Positions 20,321 to 30,321 of a stretch of DNA of 57,043 bases are shown piece by piece. A program made the position numbers and the translations under genes. The DNA is taken from positions 1-57,043 of the IMG/VR virus record IMGVR_UViG_3300007735_000759, one strand, 5' to 3'. Source of the DNA: a virus. Its lineage: Duplodnaviria > Caudoviricetes. The notes under the pieces are model-generated. The model had not been told where the DNA came from and did not search any database. It saw only the letters and a program-made list of their open reading frames with translations. Positions within the stretch are counted from its first letter, which is position 1. Each line of letters begins with the position of its first letter.

Positions 20321-20568
20321 TGAGTGATTTTCTATACCCAATAAAAATTGATTTTGTTGAATGGGCTTCGCAAATTCGAATTTTGGCACCCAATTACAGT
20401 TTCCCTAACCCGGAGAAAGAAGAAGATTGGAGAGATTGGGCGGCACAAGTTATTAACTCAAATTCTTTATCACAAATCCCCATTCCAACAAAGCAAATTT
20501 ATCCCGAAACAGAAGATTGGAGAAAGTGGGCGGCTTTCTTGCTCGGAACAATAACCAACTCATCTTAA
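20320..20568 (+). CDS. small Trp-rich virion-module protein
   Basis: EWA, DWRDWA and DWRKWA repeats; coupled to the nozzle gene. Confidence 0.7.
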   Translation: MSDFLYPIKIDFVEWASQIRILAPNYSFPNPEKEEDWRDWAAQVINSNSLSQIPIPTKQIYPETEDWRKWAAFLLGTITNSS

Positions 20569-20582
20569 ATGGTGCAATTAAT

Positions 20583-20597
20583 TTAAATTTTAGTTAA
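20583..20597. promoter_or_regulatory. CtrA-like box
   Basis: TTAA-ATTTTAG-TTAA followed by TATAAT and an AGGAG SD. Confidence 0.45.
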
Positions 20598-20624
20598 AAT
20601 TAGATATAATTTAGGAGACTTTTA

Positions 20625-21767
20625 ATGTATCAATATCCCGACCAAAACCAACAACCTGCATCCCCTGCAAGCTCACCATATGGCCCTCCTCCTCAACCCG
20701 CAGCTTCTGCAGATATGTCACAGCCGATGCAACAAGAAAACCCGCAAAGTTTTTCTCATGGGGGAATGCCTTCTTTAAATTTTAATCACGGAGGAATGGC
20801 ACATTTATCCAAGCCCCATAGATTGGGAAGTATGATTGATGTTCATGCTAACAAAAAAGAATTAGATGTCTTGGATTATCTGCAAGGCAAGAAAATGGTA
20901 GATCGTAGAACCGGTCATCGTATTTATCCTGGTCTAGAACATATGGTAAGCAATCCTCATTTCAGAGAAACAGTTCATGGACATTTTAAAGATCATCTGG
21001 CTACAGGCGGTCATGTGGCTCATCAAGAAGCAGGCCAACATATGCATGCGCTTGCAAGAAATGGAAGGTTTGGCGACACAGAAATTGCCAAGATAGGCCC
21101 GCATTTGCACGTATTGTTAAATCATATGGCAGGTCACGTAACCCATAACCCGCATGACGGCCATCCTGAATATTGGTCATTAGGCGGCGCATTTGGGAGC
21201 CTTTGGAATACTTTAAAGGGCGTTGGAACTTCTGTAGGTAACAAAGCTAGAGCAGTAGGAAGATCTATCGCCGGAGCTGCACCGGGAGCCGCTAGAAGCG
21301 TTGCCTCTAATCTAGCCCCTATGGCCGCTGAGAAATTAGGCCAACGGTTCGGCGGCAATACTGGCGCACAAATTGGCAATCAATTGGGATCTATGGCTGG
21401 AAAAGCATTAGCCCCCACCGGTCCAATGACGCCTATGCAAGAAGCATTGTCCAAAGGGTTTACGCGCGCGGGTTCCGGTTTAATGGCTGGAGAAGGAGCA
21501 AGAAGTGCTATTGGCGAAGGATTGCATACAGCAGGAAGTACAGCGGAAAGCGGGCCATTAAGCTCAGGTGTAGCAAGACTCGGCCAAGGGTTAGGGTCCG
21601 GGCAAAGCCCAATGGATGCGATTAAAGCGGGTGCTAATGAAACATTGAATCAAGGCGCAAAGCAAATGTATGGCGTAAATTCTGCTCGTGAAGCTATTGC
21701 CCCCGCATTATCGGACGCAGCCCGTGGGATTGTAAATGGGCTTATGCCGCAAGATCAGCCTGCATAA
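20625..21767 (+). CDS. DNA ejection/internal virion protein
   Basis: HGG/TGG motifs; GRFGDT…NP.DG.PEY domain; Gly/Ala-rich C-terminus. Confidence 0.65.
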   Translation: MYQYPDQNQQPASPASSPYGPPPQPAASADMSQPMQQENPQSFSHGGMPSLNFNHGGMAHLSKPHRLGSMIDVHANKKELDVLDYLQGKKMVDRRTGHRIYPGLEHMVSNPHFRETVHGHFKDHLATGGHVAHQEAGQHMHALARNGRFGDTEIAKIGPHLHVLLNHMAGHVTHNPHDGHPEYWSLGGAFGSLWNTLKGVGTSVGNKARAVGRSIAGAAPGAARSVASNLAPMAAEKLGQRFGGNTGAQIGNQLGSMAGKALAPTGPMTPMQEALSKGFTRAGSGLMAGEGARSAIGEGLHTAGSTAESGPLSSGVARLGQGLGSGQSPMDAIKAGANETLNQGAKQMYGVNSAREAIAPALSDAARGIVNGLMPQDQPA

Positions 21768-21777
21768 GGAAAGTTCC

Positions 21778-21802
21778 AGTTGTACGAAAAAATCGTACAA
21801 CT
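21778..21802. repeat. perfect palindrome with 10-bp arms and 5-bp spacer
   Basis: AGTTGTACGA-AAAAA-TCGTACAACT. Confidence 0.9.
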
Positions 21803-21823
21803 CAACAATAGAAAGGTTTTCTG

Positions 21824-23602
21824 ATGGCTCGCAATATGGAAGCTAGAATATCGAGGCAATTGCAAAATTTGCCTCCTCCTCCTCCTTGGGTGCAAGAAAT
21901 CCAGAAGGCACGCCCCGATTTGTTTTTATGCCATATGCAAACAGATGAGCTGGAGGCATTGGATAATATGCAGCACGGGCCGTCTTTGGATGATGCCACA
22001 GGTATTAGAGAATATTCGCAATTAGAGCCTGTTATAGACAATCCTGAAGTTCAGGAAATTCTAATGACTATTTTTAATGATTTGAGCGACGATGGTGAAT
22101 TAGAGCCGGCTCTAGAAGCTGAATATCAAGAAGCCAAAAAAATATCTTTACCTTATCGGGAAACCCCTATTGAGAAAACGAAAGCAGTTGATAATCTAGA
22201 GGAAACCGGTAGAAATGGAGACAATAAATTTGCATTTTTACCAAAAAACCTTATTTTCTTTCTTTGGGATTTAAGAGGCGGCCCGGAGAATATTACTTTT
22301 AATCCAGAGACGGGGTTACCGGAATTCTTTTTCAAAGCTATTCGAAATATAATATCTGCTCCGATTAATGCAATTAATAAAATTACAGGCACAAAAATTG
22401 GCAGCGAGACTCTTCGTATTGGTGGTACATTAATTGGAGCGCTTTATGGCGGCCCTATGGGCGCTGGTTTGGGAAATGCTGCGGCGAGTTGGGCAACTGG
22501 AAAATCCCCAATGGATTCTTTGTGGTCAGGTGCCAAAAATTATGGTTTAGCTTCGGGAATCCAGGCAGCAGGGAATGCCGCTGGACTGTCGCCCCAAGGA
22601 GCTATGTTTGGGGGGCAAGGATATGGCTTTGAAGGAAAATTAGGTGCTTCGCTGCCCTCTTGGGCCGGTGGGAATGCACAGGCAACAACTACGGCGGCAG
22701 AATCATTAGCGCCGGCAGCTACAGGAGGGGCCAAAACAACTGTAGCCGCTACAAACGCTACGAATGCAGCGAAAGAAGGTGCAAAAGGTCTTGGTTTTTG
22801 GAATACGATAGGGGAAATAGCAGGTCATAAGGCCTTTTTACCGGCAACTATGGCAGCGTCTACAGCACTTTCTTATTTGGGACAAAAACAGACCGACAAG
22901 AAACAAAGACAGAAAGATCTTGAAAAAGAAGAAAAATTTCAAAGAAATCAAGAACGATTAGGCGTCTATGATCCTCTTGTTAAAAAAAGAATGAGTTATC
23001 GCCAAAATCCGCTTTACGAAGAGAACAGGGCCTCAGGTCGCTATGACCAGCCAATGTATCTTTATGAAGAACAACCTTTTAAAAAAGGCGGAAAAATAAA
23101 AAAACCAAAAAGATATAACCATGGCGGCCATGTTTTAAATTCAGCCTCTGAGGGTAAACTTATTGAAGGGCCGGGAGATGGGCAAGCTGACAAAATCCAA
23201 ACGCATATTCCTGCGGATTCTTACATTATTGACGCTACTACGGTTGCTCATTTGGGCAATGGAAGTTCTGAAAACGGCGGCGAGCGTATAAAAGAAGCCT
23301 TTACTATTTTAAAAAACAAAACCCCTCCTGATTTAATCAATCATTTAGAAAAATATTTTAATACAAATAGCCCCCAAACCCCTGTTTATTTATCAAATCG
23401 AGAGTGGGGAGAAGGTCCCGTTGGTATAGCTGTGACAGGATATCATAAGGGCGCAAAGACTATAGATCAGATGATTAAACAAGGCGCTAAAACCATGAAA
23501 TCAATGGTGCATGCTGTCCGTAAAGATAAAGCTAGAAATGGCTTGGGATTGCCACCCCCTGCTAAGCATCCTTTAGAATATATGAAATTGAATGAGAAAT
23601 AA
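21824..23602 (+). CDS. DNA ejection/internal virion protein
   Basis: GRNGD…NPETGLPEFF domain, glycine zipper, GPGDGQADKI domain, KKGG motifs. Confidence 0.7.
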   Translation: MARNMEARISRQLQNLPPPPPWVQEIQKARPDLFLCHMQTDELEALDNMQHGPSLDDATGIREYSQLEPVIDNPEVQEILMTIFNDLSDDGELEPALEAEYQEAKKISLPYRETPIEKTKAVDNLEETGRNGDNKFAFLPKNLIFFLWDLRGGPENITFNPETGLPEFFFKAIRNIISAPINAINKITGTKIGSETLRIGGTLIGALYGGPMGAGLGNAAASWATGKSPMDSLWSGAKNYGLASGIQAAGNAAGLSPQGAMFGGQGYGFEGKLGASLPSWAGGNAQATTTAAESLAPAATGGAKTTVAATNATNAAKEGAKGLGFWNTIGEIAGHKAFLPATMAASTALSYLGQKQTDKKQRQKDLEKEEKFQRNQERLGVYDPLVKKRMSYRQNPLYEENRASGRYDQPMYLYEEQPFKKGGKIKKPKRYNHGGHVLNSASEGKLIEGPGDGQADKIQTHIPADSYIIDATTVAHLGNGSSENGGERIKEAFTILKNKTPPDLINHLEKYFNTNSPQTPVYLSNREWGEGPVGIAVTGYHKGAKTIDQMIKQGAKTMKSMVHAVRKDKARNGLGLPPPAKHPLEYMKLNEK

Positions 23603-23605
23603 GCC

Positions 23606-25828
23606 ATGACAAAATATGCTAACGCAGACCAAACCATTGGAGAGAATGCGCCCCTATATCACAGGCAGGCCCAAAAAGATGTTTTAGAGAAAGCATTTAG
23701 AGCATTTAGCCCCGAATATGTGCCTTATCTTAAAGAGCGTGTAGCCCCACGTCAGCGTGAACATGAATTAGCCAATACACGCTTGATGGATGAAGTCAAA
23801 AGACGTTCTTTAAATGATCAATTTCATTTAGCCACAAAAGAAATCGATGCGGCGAGCAAAACCAAAGGGCATGAAGAAGCATTTTCGCTTTTAAAGGGCA
23901 TGGTTGAGCGCCCGGAAGAACTTATACATAAATTTTACAATAAGTTTGATAAAGATGTTTTAAATACAATTGAAGACGATAGACAAGAGCAATGGTTTAG
24001 AAGAATTGCACCTTCTTTAACAGGGCAATCTATAGAGCGCGGCACTTTTGGCAGCCCCTCCTATAGACGCATGATGCAGAAAGCTTCTAACGACTATAGA
24101 ATTGCGCTCGATAGAGAAAAAACAAAATTTAAACAAGACCAATTTAATGAGTCAATCCGCCACGCAGCGGCGCATACAGGGCAAGCCGCTAATGCAGCCA
24201 GCTTAGGCCTGGCTAATACCATGCAAGAACGGCAAAGTCGAATGAACCTTGCAGATCAAAGAATGAGAACGGACGCATCAAAATCTGCTCAAGAGCTAGC
24301 GTTATCCTCTGCACTGTCTTCTGAAGGCGCAGCAAAGCAAGCGCAAGAACAAGAAAAATTAAACAGAGAATATGAACGCTTTTTAGAAGGTCAAGAACAT
24401 CCTTTAAGAATGGCAGAAAGACAAGCCGCCATAGTTGCTGGTGCCCCACAGCTAGGAAGAGACGTGAGAGTGGCAGTCGCAAGTCCTAGCGGCGCCCCAT
24501 TAAACCCGTTAGCAGCAAGCGCCAGCACTTTAGCAAGTTTAGCAGGTGCTATGAGAGAGAACGCAGGCAAGAAAAAAGGCGGCAAGATTGAACACCCGTT
24601 AACATATAAAAAAGGTGGAAAAGTTAAAAAATTTGCTGAAGGGGGCGACGTTAACCCTTATTCTTTGCCAGATTCAGAGAATGCCGCTATGAATACGCCC
24701 GAAATGACTGAATTAAGAGGAATGGGGGCAGAAAAAAGCAAACAACGCGATCCCATAGCCGAATACCTGATGTCAATGGGCGCAACTATGGCAGCCTCTC
24801 ATAAAGAAGGGCCATGGGCATCGTTAGGCCACGGGCAGCGGGCAGGTCTTGAAGCAAAAAATAAGGCTATGGATACCAATGATGTTAATAAAGAAAGGCA
24901 AGTAAAATTACTTGAGGCTATCCAAAACACAAGATCAAGAACACAGGAATTATTAGCCGATTATCAATGGAAACGAGAGCAGCTGAAAAATCAAAAAGAA
25001 GTAGATGCATCCAATATCAATTTGCACAATGCCCATGCAGATTATTATAAGGCCCAAACCGCTGCGCTGCCGGAAAAGATGGAAATGAAAACATCTAAAA
25101 AATTTTTATATGACCAAGAAGGTAAGCCATACGCGCCGAGAACAGAAGCAACAAATAAGAGAATGGCTGAAATTTTAAATGCGGTGAGAGACACATCAAA
25201 AGGAATTAATTTATTAACGGATGCTGCAATAGCAACAGCAAATGCGGATACCGGCCCATGGAAAGGTTGGCTGCTAAACCCAGAAAAATACATTAACTCA
25301 AAACTTCCAAATATTGGAAAAGCGATTGTGCAGGGGATGTCAGGGGGACTAGAAGAATTATTAGAAGCTCAACAGAAACAAGAAAAATATGTAGGACATG
25401 CAACAAATGCAGGAAAATTAAGAACAAACATGGGCTTAAGGCAAAATCAAGCCAGTAAAATGAGCGTAGAAGCTCCAAGGCCAGTAAATAAAAATAATTA
25501 TAAATCAAGTATTGAAACTGAATTAGAAACATTAAATGATTTGTACGATATGGCTGTTATAGAAGGCTCTGATCCTGAGGAAAGAACTTTTATTAGAAAA
25601 AAGATTCAAGAAGCGGAAACACGTAAAGCATTGGCAATAGAGGCATTTGGAAGAAGACCCAATCAAAACCCAAAAGTCAAAAAGCTTTCTGAGCAAATCG
25701 GCGAAATATTGCCGGGCACTCAGCCGCAAGAATCTGAATCACAAGATGAAAGAGCACAATTGCAGCAAAATATTCAGGCGTTGACAGAAAAAAGAAACGC
25801 ACTTTTAGCGCAAAAAGGAGCGTCTTAA
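23606..25828 (+). CDS. DNA ejection/internal virion protein
   Basis: Ala/Gln-rich helical protein; G.FGS motif; KKGG and FAEGG motifs. Confidence 0.65.
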   Translation: MTKYANADQTIGENAPLYHRQAQKDVLEKAFRAFSPEYVPYLKERVAPRQREHELANTRLMDEVKRRSLNDQFHLATKEIDAASKTKGHEEAFSLLKGMVERPEELIHKFYNKFDKDVLNTIEDDRQEQWFRRIAPSLTGQSIERGTFGSPSYRRMMQKASNDYRIALDREKTKFKQDQFNESIRHAAAHTGQAANAASLGLANTMQERQSRMNLADQRMRTDASKSAQELALSSALSSEGAAKQAQEQEKLNREYERFLEGQEHPLRMAERQAAIVAGAPQLGRDVRVAVASPSGAPLNPLAASASTLASLAGAMRENAGKKKGGKIEHPLTYKKGGKVKKFAEGGDVNPYSLPDSENAAMNTPEMTELRGMGAEKSKQRDPIAEYLMSMGATMAASHKEGPWASLGHGQRAGLEAKNKAMDTNDVNKERQVKLLEAIQNTRSRTQELLADYQWKREQLKNQKEVDASNINLHNAHADYYKAQTAALPEKMEMKTSKKFLYDQEGKPYAPRTEATNKRMAEILNAVRDTSKGINLLTDAAIATANADTGPWKGWLLNPEKYINSKLPNIGKAIVQGMSGGLEELLEAQQKQEKYVGHATNAGKLRTNMGLRQNQASKMSVEAPRPVNKNNYKSSIETELETLNDLYDMAVIEGSDPEERTFIRKKIQEAETRKALAIEAFGRRPNQNPKVKKLSEQIGEILPGTQPQESESQDERAQLQQNIQALTEKRNALLAQKGAS

Positions 25829-25829
25829 A

Positions 25830-28067
25830 ATGTCAGACATTCAAGATTTGCGCAATCAAGAAGCTGCTTTACTTGCCGAAATAGAAGCTTTGAGCAATAA
25901 TGCAGACCAACCTAATTCAAAACCAAATTTAACGGTAGATCAGTTAAGAGAACAAGAAGATAGGTTAAAAAAAGAAGTGAGTTCATTAGAAGGTAATTCA
26001 GATATTTCTCAAAATGAATTTCAACGTTTAATGAAAACAGATCCCGAATTTAGGGAATCAATAGAAAATACCAAAAGAACTTTGAAAGTTGGCGCGAGAT
26101 CTGTAGGTAGTAATCTTATAGGAGGAGCCGCAGAATTGGCTATGTTAGCTCCCAATTTAGCAGGAATGTTACACGGGCGCCCTTGGGTGTCCCCTATTGC
26201 CGCAGCTGAAAAACTTTTTCCGGAAGATTGGGCGCCTAAAACTACGGGTGAAAGGACTACATCAACAGTAGCAGGTCTTATGACACCTACGCACATAGGT
26301 AAAGTTGTTTCCAAAATCCCAGAAATTACAAAGAAAATAGCCCCAACCGTATCGAATTATGTAGGAAAATTTGCAAGAGAATTACCGTCCTCTGTAAGTA
26401 AAGGATTTAAAAAAATAGGGAATGCTATAGCGAATGAATCTCCTGCTGCATTGGCAAAGACGCTCCCAGCTGGCTTAGCAGGCCATATTGCGATTGAGAA
26501 TGATGCAGGCCCTGTAGGTGCTATTGCAGCGTCCTTAGCAACAGGTGTCCCCGTCAATTATGTATCATCAAAAGTAGCAGGAATCCCAAAAACAATAGGA
26601 AATTGGAAAAAAAACGCAGCATTAAACGATTTAGACGTACAGAGAGATCTTATTAATCAAGAAAGCAAGAGAGTTTTTAATAAGCGAGTTATTTCACCCC
26701 AAGAATTTGGGAATGAAGTTCAGGGCGTCACTCAAGAGTACGCCAAAAAGCAAAGTAAAAATTTTCAAAAAGAGTATGGGCCTATAGTTAAAGATTTAAC
26801 AGAAACCCCACGTCTTAAACTTGATAATGTTATAGATAAATGGACGGCTCCCCTTCATTCAAAAGAAAATTTGTTAGAAAAAAATATTTATTTAAAATCT
26901 CCTGAAGGCCAAGATTTTTTACGATTAATTAATGTTAAAAAAGGCACTAATTATGAAAATTTAGAGCATCAAGTTTTATCTAAATTATTTCAAAAATCGT
27001 TAGAAGGAGAGACAGGACGTAATGTGACTGACTCAACAAAAAAACAAGCGAGAACTGTCAGTATTTTTGATTTAAGCCCTCAATCTATTCTTGAAAGAGA
27101 TCCTGTATTATCTAAAATTTTATCAAAATCCACAAAAGATACTTTTGCTGAAAACTTTAATTATTACAAAAATGTAATTTCAAATCCTGCATCTGAGCAA
27201 AAAGAGTTAAACAATGCACGTCGTTTTTTTAACACATTACAAAACAACAGAACAGAAATAGACGCTTATAAAAATGCAGCAACAATTAGACAAATGAGTA
27301 TTGAAAACGCCTCAAAGGCAAAATATCACGGCTTGCCAAGCTCTGAGCAAAGAAAACATTCAAACGAGGCTTACGTATTAAAGCAAGAATTATTACACCC
27401 TGAATTAGAAAAAGTTAGCCTGGAAACTTCTAAGGCATTAAAAAAGGCAGATAAAGAGAATCAATTTTGGCAAAAAAGAAAACATATGGTTGAATCTCTT
27501 ATCGGCAAAGAAAATATGACTCCGGAACAAACCCAAAAAGCCGTTTTGTCTGATTTTGGAGAAGGTTCTTATCATTTAAAATTTACAAAAGGCATAGCCG
27601 GGGAAAAAGCATCAAAAATTGCTGAAGGTGCATTACATGTTCTAGGAAGAGAAGGAGAGGGGGCAAATATTGTTAATTTATATAAAGAATATAAAAAATT
27701 ACCAAAAGAGGACGCACGCATATTTTGGCTTGGTTTAACTCAGGAAACAAAAGATAAAGTGAAAGAATCTTTTGATTTTATTGACAAATTAAATGCAAGA
27801 AACATTTCCAGGAAAAAAGAAGTTAATCCCGTTGAGTGGTATGTTAAAACACCAACTCTTAGCTGGAGCAAAAGGATTAAGAAACAATTATTAAAAGCAA
27901 CTTCAGCTAATAAATACTCTAAACCCGCAGGCATGAGAGTATTAAAAGAACATTTGTTAATGCCTTCAAATTTACCGAGCCCTGCATGGAAAACAACAAA
28001 AGAGAACATAAGTCAATTGCCTAGACTTGTTGCAAAACAAGAAGCAAGGCGCACATCTAAAGAGTAG
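25830..28067 (+). CDS. large ejection-module protein
   Basis: Last gene of the structural operon; helical, with Gly/Ala membrane-like segments. Confidence 0.55.
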   Translation: MSDIQDLRNQEAALLAEIEALSNNADQPNSKPNLTVDQLREQEDRLKKEVSSLEGNSDISQNEFQRLMKTDPEFRESIENTKRTLKVGARSVGSNLIGGAAELAMLAPNLAGMLHGRPWVSPIAAAEKLFPEDWAPKTTGERTTSTVAGLMTPTHIGKVVSKIPEITKKIAPTVSNYVGKFARELPSSVSKGFKKIGNAIANESPAALAKTLPAGLAGHIAIENDAGPVGAIAASLATGVPVNYVSSKVAGIPKTIGNWKKNAALNDLDVQRDLINQESKRVFNKRVISPQEFGNEVQGVTQEYAKKQSKNFQKEYGPIVKDLTETPRLKLDNVIDKWTAPLHSKENLLEKNIYLKSPEGQDFLRLINVKKGTNYENLEHQVLSKLFQKSLEGETGRNVTDSTKKQARTVSIFDLSPQSILERDPVLSKILSKSTKDTFAENFNYYKNVISNPASEQKELNNARRFFNTLQNNRTEIDAYKNAATIRQMSIENASKAKYHGLPSSEQRKHSNEAYVLKQELLHPELEKVSLETSKALKKADKENQFWQKRKHMVESLIGKENMTPEQTQKAVLSDFGEGSYHLKFTKGIAGEKASKIAEGALHVLGREGEGANIVNLYKEYKKLPKEDARIFWLGLTQETKDKVKESFDFIDKLNARNISRKKEVNPVEWYVKTPTLSWSKRIKKQLLKATSANKYSKPAGMRVLKEHLLMPSNLPSPAWKTTKENISQLPRLVAKQEARRTSKE

Positions 28068-28081
28068 CAACGCAAATTAAC

Positions 28082-28116
28082 TTTTCCACAAAATCTGTTA
28101 ATAACCCTGTGGAAAA
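28082..28116. promoter_or_regulatory. inverted DnaA-box-like pair
   Basis: TTTTCCACA…TGTTAATAA…TGTGGAAAA. Confidence 0.4.
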
Positions 28117-28180
28117 AAGATTAACAAAGACGAGAAAGCTTTTATATATAATCCGCCAAGCCAATTTGTTTAATTTTTAA

Positions 28181-28474
28181 TCATCGTAAATTTTCAATAG
28201 CTTCTTCAAGTTCTTGATCGTGCTCATCATGGTTATTATCCTGAGGTACAGAATCGTCATCTTCCGGAATAATTCCTTCTTTGATATAAGCCTCCAATTC
28301 ATTGGCAAGCTTAAAAAGATCTGTATATGTGCGAACATTCCAGCCCTCATTTAGCGTGCTGCTACTCAAAGGCCATCTTGGATTTACATGGGCAAAGTCC
28401 CCGGGGAATGGATGGCTGGAGCAGGTAAACAAGCGAATCGCATAATCAAGGGCAACTTGACGGGTATTGGACAT
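28181..28474 (-). CDS. hypothetical protein
   Basis: 97-aa ORF with an acidic tail. Confidence 0.6.
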   Translation of the reverse strand: MSNTRQVALDYAIRLFTCSSHPFPGDFAHVNPRWPLSSSTLNEGWNVRTYTDLFKLANELEAYIKEGIIPEDDDSVPQDNNHDEHDQELEEAIENLR

Positions 28475-28521
28475 GTGTTATGATATTCCCATAATTAGAT
28501 TAATTTAAAGATATCACCTTT

Positions 28522-28893
28522 ATGCGATTTGGCCAGAGAAAAATCAAAACAGAAATTGTAAATTTTGATAAACAAAAAGTGTTGCAAGAAATTCAGGAAA
28601 TTTTAAAGAAACCAAATTATTCGGGATGGGTCATTGTGGAAGGCCAAAAAATTTGCGATTTACTTTTAATTAAAAATACAAAACAAGTTGTTGAAAAAGT
28701 ATTTAATCAAAATAATACAGCTACATATTCAACCACAGAGCAAAAAACGTTTCAAATTGTTGTCGCCATCGATATATTAAAATCTAATGAAGCCCCTTCG
28801 TCTCGTACCATAAGCTTATTAAAAAAAATGACAACAATTCATTATATAGCCGACAATTCTAAAAATATTGAAAATTTCTTGCAAAGAATATGA
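28522..28893 (+). CDS. hypothetical protein
   Basis: 123-aa ORF. Confidence 0.6.
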   Translation: MRFGQRKIKTEIVNFDKQKVLQEIQEILKKPNYSGWVIVEGQKICDLLLIKNTKQVVEKVFNQNNTATYSTTEQKTFQIVVAIDILKSNEAPSSRTISLLKKMTTIHYIADNSKNIENFLQRI

Positions 28894-28928
28894 TATAATA
28901 TATTTAGATTCTATGTGGAGCGTAATAG

Positions 28929-29237
28929 ATGAAATATTTTTTACTCTTAATGGTCGCTGTTACCTTTTTGCATGCAATGGAAGCAGGAGAGGACGTTACT
29001 AATAGTAGCCCCATATCCGCTTCAAGATCTCATCAATACGTACAATTAATAAATGTCGATACATTGCAAATTCGTGATATCGAGCGGCTTCAACGCGCCC
29101 CTCTAATCCCCATCAAAACTTCTATTTGGTGTGATACAAATTTTTACTGGAAACTATTAGCTTTAGCTGGCGTAGGAGGGGTTATTTCACTTGTTTCTAT
29201 AATGTTGAAATATCCGTGTGAATGTAAATGCCCATAA
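28929..29237 (+). CDS. signal-peptide protein with a C-terminal TM helix
   Basis: MKYFLLLMVAVTFLHA-ME; TM LLALAGVGGVISLVSIML; CECKCP end; GGAG SD. Confidence 0.7.
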   Translation: MKYFLLLMVAVTFLHAMEAGEDVTNSSPISASRSHQYVQLINVDTLQIRDIERLQRAPLIPIKTSIWCDTNFYWKLLALAGVGGVISLVSIMLKYPCECKCP

Positions 29238-29389
29238 AATTTATTAAAATTATTATATTGGGCATCGCTCTTTTAATTTTATGTTTAGCAATTTTTGAAG
29301 ATGTTTTTAAAGACGGGGAAATAAGCCCGACATGGTCATCAATGGCCGTGATTGGGGCCTTAATAACTGCTGTAAGTTTAGTAAAGTAA
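29228..29389 (+). CDS. 53-aa two-TM protein, holin candidate (below the ORF-track cut-off)
   Basis: MPIKFIKIIILGIALLILCLAIFEDVFKDGEISPTWSSMAVIGALITAVSLVK; adjacent to the endolysin. Confidence 0.5.
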   Translation: MPIKFIKIIILGIALLILCLAIFEDVFKDGEISPTWSSMAVIGALITAVSLVK

Positions 29390-29422
29390 TTAGAATATCA
29401 TAAGTGCTTGCGGCACAGATAA

Positions 29423-30031
29423 CTATTCCCCAGCAATTAATCGATTAACGCGTCGAATCCATCCCCTACCATATCTATCAAAATTCTTAAATTCGCTATA
29501 TTTACTACAAATATTCGCAATTAAAATTGATGACATTAGGCCAACATTTTCTAAATCAACATAAGCATTTGCAGCACCCATTGTCCTTACCCCACAAACT
29601 CCGTCAACAACTAACATCTCACCGCCTATACCGGTGAATGTATCATAATCATTAAATGTTTTTTGCAAAACTTTGATCGTTTGTTGCGGAGTCGAATTAT
29701 ACAAAAAGCCAAAAAATTGAACGTAAAATAAAATTGCGCTGCTAAAATCAGCCCCGTCTTCATAGTGTTCTTTATCCTCCTCATAGTATTCGATGCACTC
29801 GGTGTTTAGTCTGCCAAAAAGACCAAAATATGGATTAAAATAATTTTCTACAAAAATTTTTTTAGCATCATCTTTTGTGAGATTTTTAATATCAACATGA
29901 GGGTAAGAGCGCTTTGATATCCCGTATTTAGTTTCTCCGCCAGGATCATTCGGATCATTTACATAACCGCCTTCAACGACTAAAAGACGTTCCCAAACCT
30001 TATCAATTATAATGTCGCGATCATCATCCAT
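29423..30031 (-). CDS. endolysin, glycoside hydrolase family 108 with peptidoglycan-binding C-terminus
   Basis: EGGYVNDPNDPGGETKYGIS; VDG.CG.RT; YGRGWIRRV. Confidence 0.93.
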   Translation of the reverse strand: MDDDRDIIIDKVWERLLVVEGGYVNDPNDPGGETKYGISKRSYPHVDIKNLTKDDAKKIFVENYFNPYFGLFGRLNTECIEYYEEDKEHYEDGADFSSAILFYVQFFGFLYNSTPQQTIKVLQKTFNDYDTFTGIGGEMLVVDGVCGVRTMGAANAYVDLENVGLMSSILIANICSKYSEFKNFDRYGRGWIRRVNRLIAGE

Positions 30032-30203
30032 TTTGCTTTTCTCTTTTCTTCGCCAAACGTTTTTCTTTGCGCGCCTTTGCTAAATGAGGCAAGTACCATT
30101 CTTTGTTTTCGTTATACCATTTTTGATATCGCTCTTTTTCTTTTTGTTGATTTTTCTCACGATACTTTTTTTGAGAAATTTTCTTTCTTTCTTTCGCGTC
30201 CAT
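30024..30203 (-). CDS. 59-aa highly basic protein
   Basis: MDAKERKKISQKKYREKNQ…KQNG; GAGGA SD; stop overlaps the endolysin start. Confidence 0.6.
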   Translation of the reverse strand: MDAKERKKISQKKYREKNQQKEKERYQKWYNENKEWYLPHLAKARKEKRLAKKREKQNG

Positions 30204-30257
30204 AAAATCCTCTTGAAAAAAATATTATACAACAACCCTTTACTGGTGGACAATGTT

Positions 30258-30272
30258 TTAATTATAGGTTAA
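30258..30272. promoter_or_regulatory. CtrA-like box
   Basis: TTAA-TTATAGG-TTAA in a divergent intergenic region. Confidence 0.45.
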
Positions 30273-30321
30273 GGTTGTATGATCATTTTTATTAGCTCTT
30301 AGATAAAGAAGGATATTTATT

